Shown here piece after piece: positions 63,993 through 64,000 of a stretch of 64,000 nucleotides of DNA. Made by a program: the position numbers and the translations under genes. This stretch comes from Myxococcales bacterium (GTDB lineage: Bacteria > Desulfobacterota > Binatia > HRBIN30). The notes below the pieces were generated by a model. That model saw only the letters and a program-made list of their open reading frames with translations, was not told the origin of the DNA and made no database searches. Location of the stretch: assembly GCA_037445065.1 (NCBI GenBank), contig JBBILD010000009.1, positions 96,001 to 160,000 of the forward strand, in the 5' to 3' direction. Numbering within the stretch: position 1 is the first letter of the stretch; each line of letters starts with the position of its first letter.

Positions 63993-64000
63993 GTCGCTTC

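Overview
High-GC bacterial chromosome segment. The dockerin-like/Pro-Thr-rich secreted proteins, DUF6178 and the parAB-bactofilin-atp order suggest a Candidatus Binatia / deltaproteobacterial-type lineage (inference). Left to right: the end of a MoxR-DUF58-VWA-VWA operon, a Baeyer-Villiger monooxygenase, initiator tRNA-Met, a 7-gene Mrp Na+/H+ antiporter operon coupled to a Ca2+/cation antiporter whose 3' end is duplicated downstream, metabolic genes (LLM oxidoreductase, radical SAM, epoxide hydrolase, ispG, mutS2, orphan E2, dedA, amidase, csp) and several secreted modular proteins. Next comes a ~7.4 kb decayed region (43.1-50.5 kb) with GTAG-type REP palindromes and many pseudogenes. Last is the origin-type cluster rpmH-rnpA-yidD-yidC-jag-mnmE-mnmG-rsmG-parA-parB with two parS sites (no dnaA next to rpmH), a TMTC-like glycosyltransferase, bactofilin and the start of the atp operon. 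No CRISPR array, integrase or intact transposase is visible, and I cannot claim a clearly new system. The best leads are a secreted Reeler/dockerin-like/P460-like heme protein, a REP-bounded gene-end duplication and a possible Thermus-like rnpA-over-rpmH overlap. Family calls come from motif recognition, not database searches.
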